Assembly: GCF_006345805.1 (NCBI RefSeq)
Contig: NC_043006.1
Coordinates: forward strand, 14,136,001-14,200,000
DNA from: Octopus sinensis
Taxonomy: Eukaryota
Length of the DNA stretch: 64,000 nt
Direction: 5' to 3'
Each line of letters starts with the position of its first letter. The first letter of the stretch is position 1. The notes under the pieces were generated by a model that ran no database searches, was not told where the DNA came from, and saw nothing but the letters and a program-made list of their open reading frames with translations. A program made the translations under genes and the position numbers. Shown here piece after piece: positions 49,790 to 63,094 of this stretch.

Positions 49790-51450
49790 AATTTTGTACA
49801 TTATTTACATTATTTACATTTGACGTGTTTGCGAACAGGTGATAGTCAGACGAGGCCAAATCAGGAGAATAGGGACGGCGATCAACTAGTTCAAAGCTAC
49901 AGTCATACACAGTAGCCATTGAAACCAAGGTGTTGTGTGCTGGAACATTGTCCTGATGAAACAAACCCATTTCGAAAGTTTTCCTGGGCGTTTTGTCTGG
50001 ATATCCCTTCGTAACTGCCTCAGCAAGTTGGCACAGTACTTTCCATTGATGGTGTGACCCTTTTCCATGTAGCCAATGAACACAATGTGTCTTTTGTATC
50101 CCAAAAAATTGAGACCATTACCTTCCCTGCAGATGAAACAACCTTGGCCTTCTTTGGAACAGGTGAGAAAAGGAGGAGTGTTTCCACTGCAGGGATTGTC
50201 TCTTTGTCTCCGGCACAAAGTAATGAAGCCAACACTACATCTTGGGTTAAGAAGCGTTCAAGGAATCCAGTTGGATCTGCCTCAAACAATGTCAGATTTT
50301 CCCGTGGTATGATCAGCCTGGTGTGCTTTTCATCAGGTGTCAAAAGACGTGGCACCCATCGTGAAGATTAACTGTGTCGTCATAAAAGACATAAAACGCA
50401 TAACGCCAACATGACCGTGTCGTGACTAATCAAATAGGTTAAGTTATTAGTTACGCAGTAGACTTAAAGTAAATTTTGAGAATTTTCCCGGGAGTTCAAT
50501 ATACTAGCTTTTTATAAAATTTAGTCAAGCTTCTAGAAAATTCGGCAGAATTATTTGGTGGGAAAATTCTCAAACCCTTCAACCGTGAGTGATATTTCGT
50601 CTGCATCCAAAATTTGAAAGTGGTCACTGATAATATCTCTACAACTCCATGCGCAAAAATAATCATTGTTTAATCTTTAAAGCCAAAATATTGAATTTGA
50701 ACTTTGAATGTAAAATGTCAGAACAAACACTCCCAGGTAATTTTTCTGACACTCCACCAATTCTTCTAATCGTCGTGCCAAGTTCATAGTGCAGAATATT
50801 CTCTACTCTGTTATGGGCCATGCTAATAGCTTCGGCTGTTTGATTTATTGTCAATCACCTATTTCTTTACTACCCACAAGGGGCTAAACACAGAGGAAAC
50901 AAACAAGGACAGTCAAACGGAATAAATCGCTTACATCGACCCCAGTGCGTAACTGGTACTTAATTTATCGACCCCGAAAGGATGAAAGGCAAAGTCGACC
51001 TCGGCGGAATTTGAACTCAGAACGTAACGGCAGACGAAATACGGCAACGCATTTCGCCCGGCGTGCTAACGTTTCTGCCAGCTCGCCTGTCATCCTTCAG
51101 AATGTGATGAACACGATCAATGTTTTTTTTCGGTTGTGGCAACTGTGGAATGTCCAGACCTAAGGTCATTTCTACAAATTTCCCTTCTCCTCCTAAATTC
51201 AACTGCCCACTTTTGCACTGATGACAAAGCTGAAATGTTAGCCCCTAATGCAACAGCATTGTCAGCATGAATGTCGTTGGGGGCAAAACCCTTTTTCTGA
51301 AGGTACTTGATGACAGCGCGATGCCAAATTTTGTACCATTTTCAAGAGAAGTCGCTACTAGTTACTTTTCAAGTCTTCTTTGAACAGCTAGATGTCAGAT
51401 TATTTGGAAAGAAGCAATGCAGTTATTAACAGGAAAAGTTGGAATTAATA
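49790..51450 (-). mobile_element. Decayed near full-length mariner, interrupted by SINE A (50858-51087) and a ~400-bp insertion (50367-50772)
   Basis: HRAVIKYL..VQKWAVEF..ENILHYELG / RWVPRLLT..FLTQD..KKAKVVSSAGKVM..FWD..FHQDNVPAH..PYSPDLASSDYHLF. Confidence 0.88.
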
Positions 51451-51644
51451 CAGGCAAGATTTCACAGCTCTAGCATCTCTCCTTCATAGTCAGCCTATGA
51501 ATCTTTCAGCCTACCCACCTATGTTAAAAGTGCAATATATATCGGAGCCAGGTGAATATCGTCGCAGCAGTAACTCACGAGAACGTCAGATAGGTTTCGG
51601 TTTTCTCACAACACCATGTCTTTCAATGATGCATATATATATAT

Positions 51645-51930
51645 ATATGGCCTAGTAGTTAGGGCAGCGGACTCGCGGTCGCAGGATCGCGGTTTCGATT
51701 CTCAGACCGGGTGTTGTGAGTGTTTATTGAGCGAAAACACCTAAAAGCTCCACGAAGCTCCGGGAGGGGGTGGTGATCCCTGCTGTACTCTTTCACCACT
51801 CTTTCGTCTGTTGGCCTGCTCGCTTAGCCAGCGGGGTGGCGTCATTCGAAGGCTAAAACAATGCGAACGCATTGTGACCAGCGATGTGTAACAACATCTG
51901 ATGGTCTGGTCGGTCACGTGGTCACGTGAT
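51645..51930 (+). mobile_element. SINE family C, alternative tail
   Basis: Family match. Confidence 0.82.
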
Positions 51931-52033
51931 ATATATATATATATATATATAATATATATATATATAAGATTTTTTGCGTAATAAGATTAAAAAACCAAGG
52001 CTGTATAGATATTAAAGCAATTATAGATAGAAG

Positions 52034-52081
52034 ATCTTACAGCTGTTTCTAGGATAGTAATAATATCCCTTCATCGGAGAT
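52034..52081 (-). ncRNA. Hammerhead motif in a (TA)n-flanked element
   Basis: Minus strand atct-CCGATGA-a-gggata ttattac tatcct-a-GAAA-cagctg-TA-agat; palindromic acagctgt. Confidence 0.65.
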
Positions 52082-52141
52082 GGTGACCTGACACCTTTGG
52101 ATCTCAATGACACCATTATCTCTTTTATATATATATATATA

Positions 52142-52204
52142 CTTTATTTAAAGCAGCGGAAAATTCAACAAAACCTGTTGAATTTTCCGCTGCTTTAAAT
52201 AAAG
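52142..52204. repeat. Perfect 29-bp inverted repeat with 5-nt loop
   Basis: ctttatttaaagcagcggaaaattcaaca-aaacc-tgttgaattttccgctgctttaaataaag. Confidence 0.95.
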
Positions 52205-52275
52205 CATATTACTCTACCACTGGTATTTGAGTACTCTTTTTTCCACCTTGTTTCACATTTCTGTGTTTACTCCGG

Positions 52276-52328
<53 letters not shown>

Positions 52329-53119
52329 GTTCAGTAAAGGTCATATTTACATACCGAAATCTACCGGTAAATAATTGTTGGTTGTCTGAAAAACCATCGA
52401 AAAAATTATTTACCCTTTTATGATATATATATATATATATATAAAGTATTGATACACAGATGACTTAATGTTTTAGTTATGTACACCAAGTTTAAAAATT
52501 CATTATTTTGCCCAGCACAAATGCGTCCTCTACATATTCTTACGCTCTCTTGGTGCTAAAATAGTATCCAATTTCTGTTCTATGTGAACATTCGAACAGC
52601 TAGAAATAGCAGCCAAATATCTTCCTCGAATTACACGTGACTATCTTTGAAATGAAGGCATATACTGGATAATGTAAAACTAAATATGAAATACTTCAAA
52701 GTATATTATGGTCATAGCTATAACACCTTTGAGCATAGATCTGCTCAGGTAGGTTTGGCTTGAGGCTAAACAGTTATTTAGATACCACAAATATTTTCGA
52801 TAGAAAAATATAATATTGAATATTTATAACATCACAAAATAAACAGATATTGAAACTTTTAGGCTTAACGTAGATAATCTTATTAAGAGATGTACATCCA
52901 TAACTTCTGCTAATCCTCCAACTTTATTTTTCTTTTGACTATTTAGATATAGCTAATGCAGAAGCTAAAATTTCCCATATTTTAAATTAATATCATTCAA
53001 CGGCATTTTATCGCTGACAACCAAAAAACTTGAAAATGTCAGAAAGTCAATATCGCAAATTAGTTTGCTATTAGAAAGTCAAATATTTAGGATAAAATAA
53101 CCTTCCTTAGAAAAAATTT

Positions 53120-53533
53120 GGATCTTTTCGGTTTGATCGGCAGTTTTTTTAAATAATTTCCACGTAACTAAACACTTTAAAACTTCGTATACTGGTAGAA
53201 TGTGTTTATAAAACATCTTTTACTCTTGGCTTTATTGAGAAAATTCTATAGTTTGTAAGATATTTGTAGTTTGTTTTTTTCTTCAATTTCTGCAATTTCA
53301 ACCAATCAATGACGTCTATTGAGGTGAAAAACATTCTGTGCCGTATGAATATGTCCCTCGTTTAAGAAACAGATTTGGTTTATTTACACTTGTGAGGAAA
53401 AAAAGATACCCTTCCCCCCACTCCTAATCCTAAAACAGATTGAAATGCAATAGATTGATACTAGGGTCATAATTATGGGTGACAATTTCATATGACACCG
53501 CTAGAAAAACTGCCGTCCAAACCGAAAAGATCC
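53120..53533. mobile_element. MITE (ggatcttttcgg TIR family)
   Basis: TIRs at both ends; inverse of 38966-39382. Confidence 0.9.
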
Positions 53534-54110
53534 AAAATATTTATTTTTTAAATTTTGCTGAATGATTTGTTCGCCTTTCGTTTTCCAAGATAATCTAGAT
53601 TCCATCACTTTGATACCAGCAGCACTTACAGGGTGACCTGGAAATCAAGACCCCTCCCACCTTCCGTAATCCTCACGTACGTAGAAACTACAGAAGCAGT
53701 AATATTTTATTATCGCAGATGCGCGTGCTTCTCCGGCCTCGGCGACAAAAGATGTACCGCCTATTTGTGCTTTTAAGAAGTTCGAGTCTTGACTTGTGCT
53801 AGAGTTGGATTATAAAGATGTACAGTGCATTGGACGATTAGCCTCACTCTAGTTCATCCACGACTTCTTGGGGCAGTAGTAAAACAGGTCACAAAGAATT
53901 AGAGATTAACCAGAGATGCAGTGGGGTGACCGGGGAAATCTATATGTTTCACCGTGCTCTGAGAAATACGCAGCGAACTGTTGGATTTCGTCTTTCTAAC
54001 CTTTGAAAATATACCAGTGATGGTTGAGATTCCTGTGCCTAGTTCCTTCGGTAATCCAGTTTTCATATGCATACATAGAGTGACTACCCCCAGCCCAATA
54101 CCTGCCAATA

Positions 54111-54346
54111 GCTATTTCTTTACTACCCACAAGGGGCTAAACACAGAGAGGACAAACAAGGACAGACAAACGGACCAAGTCGATTATATCGACCCCAGTG
54201 TGTAACTGGTATTTATTTAATCGACCCCGAAAGGATGAAAGGCAAAGTCGACCTCGGCAGAATTTGAACTCAGAACGTACCGGCAGACGAAATACCACAA
54301 AGCATTTTGCCCGGCGTGATAACGTTTCTGCCAGTTCGCCGCCTTA
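54111..54346 (-). mobile_element. SINE family A
   Basis: 14-bp TSD aatacctgccaata at 54097-54110 and 54347-54360. Confidence 0.9.
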
Positions 54347-54504
54347 AATACCTGCCAATACCGTTGCTTAAGAGGTTATGCACTGCTCTATGCAGACAGT
54401 TCTTGGACTCACGGGTGAAAGCTGGATGCTAATTGAGAGCCATTGATAGATTAGCTGTCTTAAACAAGAATTGGCAGAAAATCTACGGAAGGTACAACAC
54501 TCTC

Positions 54505-54885
54505 TCTTTTACTCTTTTACTTGTTTCAGTCATTTGACTGCGGCCATGCTGGAGCACCGCCTTTAGTCGAGCAAATCGATCCCAGGACTTATTCCTTGTA
54601 AGCCCAGTACTTATTCTATCGGTCTTTTTTGCCGAACCGCTAAGTGACGGGGACGTAAACACACTAGCATTGGTTGTCAAGCAATGCTAGTGGGACAAAC
54701 ACACACACACACACACACATATACATATATACGACAGGCTTCTTTCAGTTTCCGTCTTCCAAATCCACTCACAAGGCATTGGTCGGCCCGGGGCTATAGC
54801 AGAAGACGCTTGCCCAAGATGCCACGCAGTGGGACTGAACCCGGAACCATGTGTTTGGTTAGCAAGCAACCTACCACACAGCCAC
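54505..54885 (-). mobile_element. SINE family B
   Basis: Family match. Confidence 0.85.
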
Positions 54886-55267
54886 AGATTGCTTCAACAA
54901 GAGTCAGTAAGAAACTCAATGTATGACATTCTTTACATTCTGGTAAATATGTAGAAAAGAATTGGTAAGGAACTCTACAAAAATTTATAGACTGGAAGTG
55001 ATTTTCCGACCTATTTTGTTCCATCGCTTTCAAAAAACATTTCATCTTTCCCCGGAAAGATTTTACTTTTGTTTTGTTTTTGTTTTGGGGGTTTAGGTGG
55101 GAGGTTGTTTGTGTGTTTTTTTTTTACGGTAAACGGATTTATTTCCTACTTGTAAACTTTTTTGTATTTACTGCTTTCCGATTTAAACACCACATCACTA
55201 ATTTCCTTCAGTTCTACTGTTTTACTCTGATATATGGAAGCACGTTTAGCCGAGTCGATAAGACATA

Positions 55268-55648
55268 CACTACCGTCAGAAATTAATTAGCACCCTTGAT
55301 TTGCTCTTCACTCAAGGTATGTGCTGTCACCTAGTGGCCATATCTCGAACTATTGCTTTGTTGCGAGTTCACTGTTGCGCAGAACGATGACGTAACTTTG
55401 TTTGCAGAGCAGTTTGAGAGTCTACAGCTTTATGATGTTGACATAGCAGTGCAACAACAACTTGGAGTGCGGATGCAGACAAATCTTCCTTTGTTTAATA
55501 GATATAGGTAGCGCCTCGCAAGGACCGAAATCACACCATACTAAGTTTTCTCATCGCGTAAGACGTTTTGAACAGCTCATAAGGTTAATTGATTTAACCT
55601 ATTTAATGTAGAAATTTGAGAAGTGCTAATTAATTTCTGACGCAAGTG
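55268..55648. mobile_element. Tc1/mariner-type non-autonomous element
   Basis: TA|cactaccgtcagaaattaattagcac ... gtgctaattaatttctgacgcaagtg|TA. Confidence 0.85.
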
Positions 55649-56474
55649 TAGGTCCGCGGACTAAATCAGTTGCCATGATGTGTTCTGTCAACTGTGACGA
55701 AGTATGCTTGTGGCAATGATATTCAGTTTCCCGTAATACGTGGCCTGAATTTTTTTACTGTAAATAATACAAATAATTAATGGAGTGAAATGTATTTTAA
55801 ATTATAAAGAAGAAAATTCTAGCATCTTGGGCAGAACCTTTTGTGAGAAACAAAAACAATGTCATATAATTCACCGCTGTAAACAGCAGCCACAGCCGCA
55901 GTGGAGGCGCAATGGCCCAGTGGTTAGGGCAGCGGACTCGCGGTCGAAAGAACGCGGTTTCGATTCCCAGACAGGGCGTTGTGAGTGCTTATTGAGCAAA
56001 ATCACCTAAGCTCCACGACACTCCGCTGTACTCTTTCACCACAACTTTCTCTCACTCTTTCTTCTTAATTCTGCAACAAAGCAGAGGAGCCATGGTGTAA
56101 CCCACTATGGTATGGTAAACTTTCAGACCCTAGTCTAGATTGCGAATCCTCTCTAACCCCAGGATGGTTCAGCTCTCCACCCGTTAAAAGCCACCGTTTA
56201 CGGAATGAGGATAACAACGTAGCTTTCACGCCAGTCTATCGCGTGTGGTGGGTGGATCTTCAAGTTGCCACACGCATTCTTGGTAGCTTAGAGTAGACTC
56301 GAATTAGAGATCATTCTTTGTGACTAATGGTGTGAGTCCTGATTAGAAGAAGAAGAAGAAGAAGAAGAAGAAGAGAAGAAGAAGCCACAGCCGCACTAAC
56401 ATAACTGAGGTGTGGAATGCTGAGTTCAAATCTAACCTCAAGAAAATGTCTTTAATAAAATGTGCTGCTGAGAC

Positions 56475-56800
56475 CCCCTTTGGTCATGACTGACCATGGT
56501 ATTGCACCTAGAAATTTACCTTCCCAGGCACAAGTCCGGGCAAGGTTGTTTTATGGAAGACCAGCAGTCGCCCATGCATACCGACCTCCCCTCTCCACGC
56601 CACCAGTGTTATCCAAGGGAAAGGCAAAGGGGCCGATACAGCTTGGCACTTGTGATATCGCAACTCATTTCTACAGCTGAGTGAACTGGAGCAACGTGAA
56701 ATAAAGTGTCTTGCTCAAGAACACAACACGCAGCCCGGCTCGGGATTCGAACTCACAACCGTAAACTCGACACTCTAAACACTGATCCATGCGCCTTCAC
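56475..56800 (-). mobile_element. SINE family D
   Basis: Family match. Confidence 0.8.
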
Positions 56801-57451
56801 CGATAAAATGTAAAATAAAATAAAATAAAATAAATCTTCAGTAATCGACAGTTGTCATATCCGGAACGATTTTATTTCACTCTTGTGTCGCCACGAAAAC
56901 CAGAGACAAGAGCATCCAGTGGACTGTGAATAACCTTTAATGGAACTAAACGACATGTAATAGAGTCACCAATGTACATGCAATCGAACCAGAAGCTCTT
57001 GTTATTATTTAACCCCAGGACAATCCTAACCGAATAGACTTATGATCTGAGCCTTTCCAAGGATATCCTGTCCATTTGTAGAATGTGATTTAAGGGTGAT
57101 TTGGCGACTAATTTTAGCTGGTTGAGCAACTTTACAGAGGTTTTCTTTTGGTAGATTTATTCATGTGTTAGAGGTTACACACAGACATAAAGAAGAGAGT
57201 CTACCCATCTTGTTCATCGCCACCCCTATTTTTATTAGTCTCGTTGCTGACACCAAATTCCTGAATTACGTACCGGCGAGGGTACTTTCTACACAGTCGC
57301 TAAACCTGCTATAAATAGCTACCAAATTTCTTCAAGTCCACATCTATTATCTTTAAAAACAAGCTGCACACATTCAACAATGTAGTCCTACTGATGCAAA
57401 AAATACGAGATGGTCACATCCGGAATACTTCTACTATGATTAGATGTCCAT

Positions 57452-57684
57452 TGACGGCGAGCTGGCAGAAACGTTAGCCCGCCGGGTGAAATGCTTAGCG
57501 GTATTTCGTCTGTCGTTACGTTCTGAGTTCAAATTCCGCCGAGGTCGACTTTGCCTTTCATCCTTTCGGGGGTCGATAAATAAAGTACCAGTTTCGCACT
57601 GGGCTCGATGTAACCGACTTAATCCCTTTGTCTGTCCTTGTTTGTCCCCTCTATGTTTAGCCCCTTGTGGGTAGTAAAGAAATA
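57452..57684 (+). mobile_element. SINE family A
   Basis: Family match. Confidence 0.87.
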
Positions 57685-57689
57685 AATAT

Positions 57690-57980
57690 GATAAAATTTA
57701 GAGTATATATTCCCAAGGCATCGATGCTGTTGCCTCGTGGAATATTAATTCCTCCTGGCTGCTTTGCCGATTAGACGGGCCAGTGGTAAATTGACTTGAT
57801 TAAATTTAATTTAATTTAATTAGGCTCGTTTACCAAAAAGTACGTCGAAACAATGCATTGTCCAAAGATGATTAAGGTAAATGTTTTTAATTTTCCTTGA
57901 TTTCTGAATTACTACTATTTAGCGGTTTGAGTTTAGCTGCTCGTTTTAGTGAGTTGAATGGCCTATTAAGGCCATTCCTT
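57690..57980 (+). mobile_element. Diverged partial copy of the 491-bp HHR element
   Basis: aggca..tgcctcgtg hairpin, HHR region, ggtaaatgtttttaatttt and gaatggcc-tattaa-ggccattc hairpin, all collinear with the unit. Confidence 0.8.
57762..57867 (+). ncRNA. Type I hammerhead motif with long stem II (diverged)
   Basis: ctttg-CCGATTA-gacg...cgtc-GAAA-caa tgca ttg-TC-caaag. Confidence 0.7.
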
Positions 57981-58435
57981 ATACTCTTGTCCACTCAATC
58001 AGGATTAGACCGGGAACTAAACAATATCAACAATACTATAACTTAATCTGATTGAACTTTGAGCTCTTAAATCATTCGAATCTGTGCAGATTTTGTGTAA
58101 ATTACCCTGTGTATTACAAATCTGTTTGACACAGACTCCAGTATTACATACACCGTCGTTTCCACCCATCAGATTACAGAGCAAGTATCAGCAAACATCT
58201 TTGACTCTTTCATAGAATCGTTCATAACTTATCAAAACCTATTATGTAAACTTCTAAAATATAATTGAAAATATGAATAATAAAAAGTTCGGGATTTAAA
58301 AGCAATTATTCTTTCGTGTACGTATACGTGTGTGTCTGTGATTACTGCTTTTCAATACAAAATAGAGAAAGTTGATGAATGTGCTAAACCACATTTATAA
58401 AGAACAAGGAAAATTTAATCATATTATACTGATAT

Positions 58436-59350
58436 GTGGAGGCGCAATGGCCCAGTGGTTAGGGCAGCGGACTCGGGGTCGTAGGATCGCGGTTTCGATT
58501 CCCAGACCGGGCGTTGTGTGTGTTTATTGAGCGAAAACACCTAAAAGCTCCACGAGGCTCCGGCAGGGGGTGGTGATCCCTGCGGTACTCTTTCACCACA
58601 ACTTTCTCCCACTCTTTCTTCTGTTGGCCTGCTCGCTTAGCCAGCGGGGTGGCGTCATTTGAAAGCTAAAACAATGCGAAGCGCATTGTGACCAGCGATG
58701 TGTAACTACATATGATGGACTGGTCGGTCACGTGATTATACTGATATAGTTGGAATATTTAATGTGAAATAGTAACACCTTTTACAACTGGCCATTGATA
58801 ATCTTCCTGTAAATTTTTGTGCCAATGCATCCAATTGATGACAATACTTCTCTACAAGTGGAGGCGCAATGGCCCAGTGGTTAGGGCAGCGGACTCGCGG
58901 TTTCGATTCCCAGACAGGGCATTGTGAGTGTTTATTGAGCGAAAACACCTAAAGCTCCACGAGGCTCCGGCAGTGGGTGGTGGTGAACCCTGCTGTATTC
59001 ATTCACCACAACTTTCTCTCACTCTTTCTTCCTGTTTCTGTTGTACCTGTATTTCAAAGGGCCAGCCTTGTCACACTCTGTGTCACGCTGAATCTCCCCG
59101 TGAAATACGTTAAGGGTACACGTGTCTGTGGAGTGCTCAGTCACTTGCACGTTAATAAATGAGATGCGAAGTCACAGGTGCCAAGCTGTATCTGCTGTTG
59201 TCTTTCCCTTGGATAACATTGGTGGCGTGGAGAGGGGAGCCTGGCATGCGTGGGTGACTGCTGGTCTTCCATAAACAACTTTGCCCAGACTTGTGCCTCA
59301 GAGGGTAACTTTCTAGGTGCAATCCCATGGTTATTCATGACCGAAGGGAA
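58436..59350 (+). mobile_element. SINE cluster: C (58436-58735), C (58857-59155), D 3' part (59160-59350)
   Basis: Family matches. Confidence 0.8.
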
Positions 59351-59399
59351 TCACAACTTCTCTACATTAACTGTTTCGTTATGGTTTATTATTTCATAA

Positions 59400-59900
59400 T
59401 AGTCGACACACTTCACGTCCCACCAAAGGCAGAGCATAACTTTTTGATGGCATCGCCTTGACTTGGGAGTGAATTCTCATTGATTTGGGGGTGAATTCTT
59501 TTTCGTTAGGTGTTATCCATTGCTGTTTTCTTTGAATATGGATATAGTGAACCCACTTTTCATCACCTGTAATGATTCTACTCAGGAAAGATTTAGAGGC
59601 AAGTCTACCCTTTTATGACGAGTAGAGGGCAACTCTTTGAGCCAGTTGTAGGCACTTTATCCAGTTGATATGTTTTATGAACAAGGTGTGACTAGAATTG
59701 AGTCGTTTTGCTAATTCTCGTTCAATTTGCTTTGGATTTTCCCCAAATACGGTTTTCAGAAGCTCGATATTGACGGAACTCGGTCGTCCAGATCGAGGGG
59801 AATCTGCAAGAGACAAGCTTCCTGAATGTAATTGGCCAAACTATAATTGGCATTTCAAGACACATGAAGCTTCATTTCCATTAACAGAACAAATATGTCT
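59400..59900 (-). mobile_element. Mariner transposase fragment
   Basis: SLADSPRSGRPSS..ENPKQ..RELAKRL and FLSRIITGDEKWVHY. Confidence 0.8.
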
Positions 59901-60381
59901 TGTTGCTTCCATTGCTGAAGAACTTTGAATTCAAACGGTATATAATGTGTGATTTGAGTCTGATCTAAATTCATTTTAAAAGATCAAAATCGATGCAAAT
60001 TTAATCCCTATGATATAAAGTAATCTATAAAGAAAAATACAATAGAATGTAAAAATTAATGTTTATTTTACCGTAACTACTGAAAAGATCTTGCTCTCTT
60101 CCTCGTGATCTTCAGACACGAAGAACTGCCAACATCATCGTTGAAAAACTACACTCAATGTGATCGAGTCACAAATGCTACCGGGCATTCTTTCTAACCT
60201 AATATGTGTTTGGTGAATTTTGCATTGATATTTGGTTGGAAATTCGTGTGTTTGCTTTAAATTATTTAACTCGTCCAAATTCAGTTCGCTAGTAATTCAG
60301 CACCCTTAATGTTCAAGACCGTTTCAGGTGTTTATCGAATAGTTGAATAGCCACAGAGACTTTGTAGGATCTTGCTATATG

Positions 60382-60715
60382 AAGGTGCATGGCTCAGTGG
60401 TTAGAGCGTCGGGCTCCCAATCATGAAGTAGTGAGACCGATTCCCGGACCGGGCTGCGTGTTGTGTTCTTGAGCAAGACACTTTATTTTACGTTCCTCCA
60501 GTTCACTCAGCTGTAGAAATGAGTTGCGACCTAACTGGTGCCAAGCTGTATCGGCCTTCACCTTTCCCTTGGATAACGTTGGTGGCATGGAGAGGGGAGG
60601 CTGGTATGCATGGGCGACTGCTGGTCTTCTATAAACAAATTTACCCGGACTTGAGCCTCGGAGGGTAACTTTCTAAGTGCAATCCCATAGTCCTTCATGA
60701 CTGAAGGTGGTCTTT
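60382..60715 (+). mobile_element. SINE family D
   Basis: tggctcagtggttagagcg head, ttcttgagcaagacac core. Confidence 0.85.
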
Positions 60716-61098
60716 GCGCTTTATCCTTACTGAACCTTGATATATACTGTTTTCTTTTGTTTTAATGATGGAGTTCGGTCGTGGAAAAATTGTGACCCGT
60801 GAGAGTTTCTGAATTGCCCCACTAACGAAAAATTACCTTCACATTTTTAGTGATCCGGCCCACCTTATGATGAGCCATGTCTCATGCGGCCCACTTCTCG
60901 ATAAAGGTTGCCCGTGCCTGGTATAGACAAAGGAGGAAAGAACGACATTAATGCCCCCTTTTAATCAGGGCTTCTGAGGCTGAAAGAAGAAAAGAAGAAA
61001 CTCGATATCCTCGGATCAGAGAAATATTTCAAATACTTTTGCATCAGTGGATTCTGTTAAAGGTACCCGAGGCCCAGGTGGTAATATTATACTGAGCC

Positions 61099-61513
61099 TG
61101 GCGAGCTGGCAGAATCGTTAGCACACCGGGCGAAATGCTTAGCGGTATTTCGTCTACCACTACGTTCTGAGTTCAAATTCCGCCGAGGTCGACTTTGTCT
61201 TTCATCCTTTCGGGGTCGATAAATTAAGTACCAGTTACGCACTGGGGTCGATGTAATCGACTTAATACCTATGTCTGACCTTGTTTGTCCCCTCTGTGTT
61301 TAGCCCCTTGTGGGTAATAAAGAAATAGGTATTTGGTCTGCCGCTACGTTGAGCTCAAATTCCGCCGGGGTCGACTTTGCCTTTCATCCTTTTGGGGTCG
61401 ATTAAATAAGTACCAGTTACGTACTGGGGTCGATGTAATCGACTTAATACCTATGTCTGTCCTTGTTTGTCCTCTCGCTGTGTTTAGCCCCTTGTGGGTA
61501 GTAAAGAAATAGG
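61099..61513 (+). mobile_element. SINE family A with tandemly repeated 3' part inside one TSD
   Basis: TSD tattatactgagcc at 61085-61098 and 61514-61527. Confidence 0.87.
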
Positions 61514-62404
61514 TATTATACTGAGCCAGACTAAATGTAGTAACGATGGGACGGTGTGCTCCGGACAGGATTCAGGAGAAAGCTATCCTGATTGACGAAA
61601 TCTTGTAAACATTCATTGGTTTGACTATTTAGTCAGGGATTGAAAGGCAGCATTGAACCATGATCTTTACCTTTTTATTTCGGGGGTTTCCGAAAGAAAA
61701 AAAGGAAAGAGAATCCTCCAGAGAAGGTCAGGCTCAGATATACTTGCAATAGGGTAAGCTCATCAGACGCTCTGACCCCTTTTGCTAATTCTTCCACTCA
61801 ACCATTCAAATACTGGCACAAGGTCAGTAGATTCGGGGGAAGAGACAAGTCGATTCCAACGACCCCAGTGTTCAACTGGTACTTATTTTATTGTAACCCC
61901 GAAAGGATAGAAGGCAAATTCGACAAAGGCAGGATTTGAACTCAAGGTAAGGACGGACGAAATGCTGCTATGTATTTTGCCTGGCGTGCTAACGATTCCG
62001 CCAGCTCGCCACCTTAATCTTTCTTAGCTTCATGCGTCTTCTCAAGCACAGCAGATCACCAGAAGTGTCGGTTGTTTGTCATCGCCTTTGTGAGACTCAA
62101 CAACTGAGGATCATATTTCACCACCTCATTCCAGATTTTCCTGGGTCTGCCTATTCCACAGGTTCCCACCTCGATTAGAAAGCAGCACTTCATCCTCCAA
62201 ATTAGAGTTCAGTACATCTTCCATCAAATTAAGATTTTCAAAGATTTTACAGCAATATAAAGACAAGGAATGATACAAGCAGACTGCTGGCAACCAGATC
62301 TTACTTTTTATCTCTCATCAATATGATCGAATATTTGTTCAGTATTCATGTTGATATACAAGTTGTAGTAATCATTACAATATTCTTGTTTATTATAGCA
62401 AGGT

Positions 62405-62620
62405 CATTGCCAGTACCACCCGACTGGTCCCCATGCCGGTGGCACGTAAAAAGCACCCACTACACTCTCGGAGTGGTTGGCATTAGGAAGGGCATCCAGC
62501 TGTAGAAACTCTGCCAGATCAAGACTGGAGCCTGGCGCAGCCATCTGGTTCGCCAGCCCTCAGTCAAAATCATCCAACCCATGCCAGCATGGAAAGCGGA
62601 CGTTAAACAATGATGATGAT
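62405..62620 (+). mobile_element. RTE-tail SINE (family F)
   Basis: ggtggcacgtaaaaagcaccc...aggaagggcatccagc...(gat)n. Confidence 0.75.
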
Positions 62621-63094
62621 GTACAAAATAAAAACACAAAAGCAAAATGTATTAAGTAATTATATATTTTGGTTTTATTTGCTTTTTGTTTACACAAATT
62701 TAGAGAAAAAAAAAAAAAAAACTTCAATTTTTCAAACCAGTCTTACTACTGTAGTGGATTATGTATTCACGTGATTACATTTGGAAATTATGTTTCCAAA
62801 AAGGAATAATGGTATGAATTTTTTACTTTTTCAGACTGTTTGCAGACTCTCCAAATAAAGGATCCATAATGTTTAACATCAAGGAATTGGAATTCAAGAA
62901 AGCCCGATTCTGAGAAGAAGCAATCTGCAAAAAAAAAAAAGTACAAAATAAAATGCGTTGAAACGTGATGAAATACACTATTGTTGATGATGCTGAAACA
63001 CACACACACACAAAGTTAACACTGGTCCAGCAGTCTGATGCTAAAAAATGGTCCAACTGTGATCATCAAATCATTTTGTGTCTCAGAGACTCAT

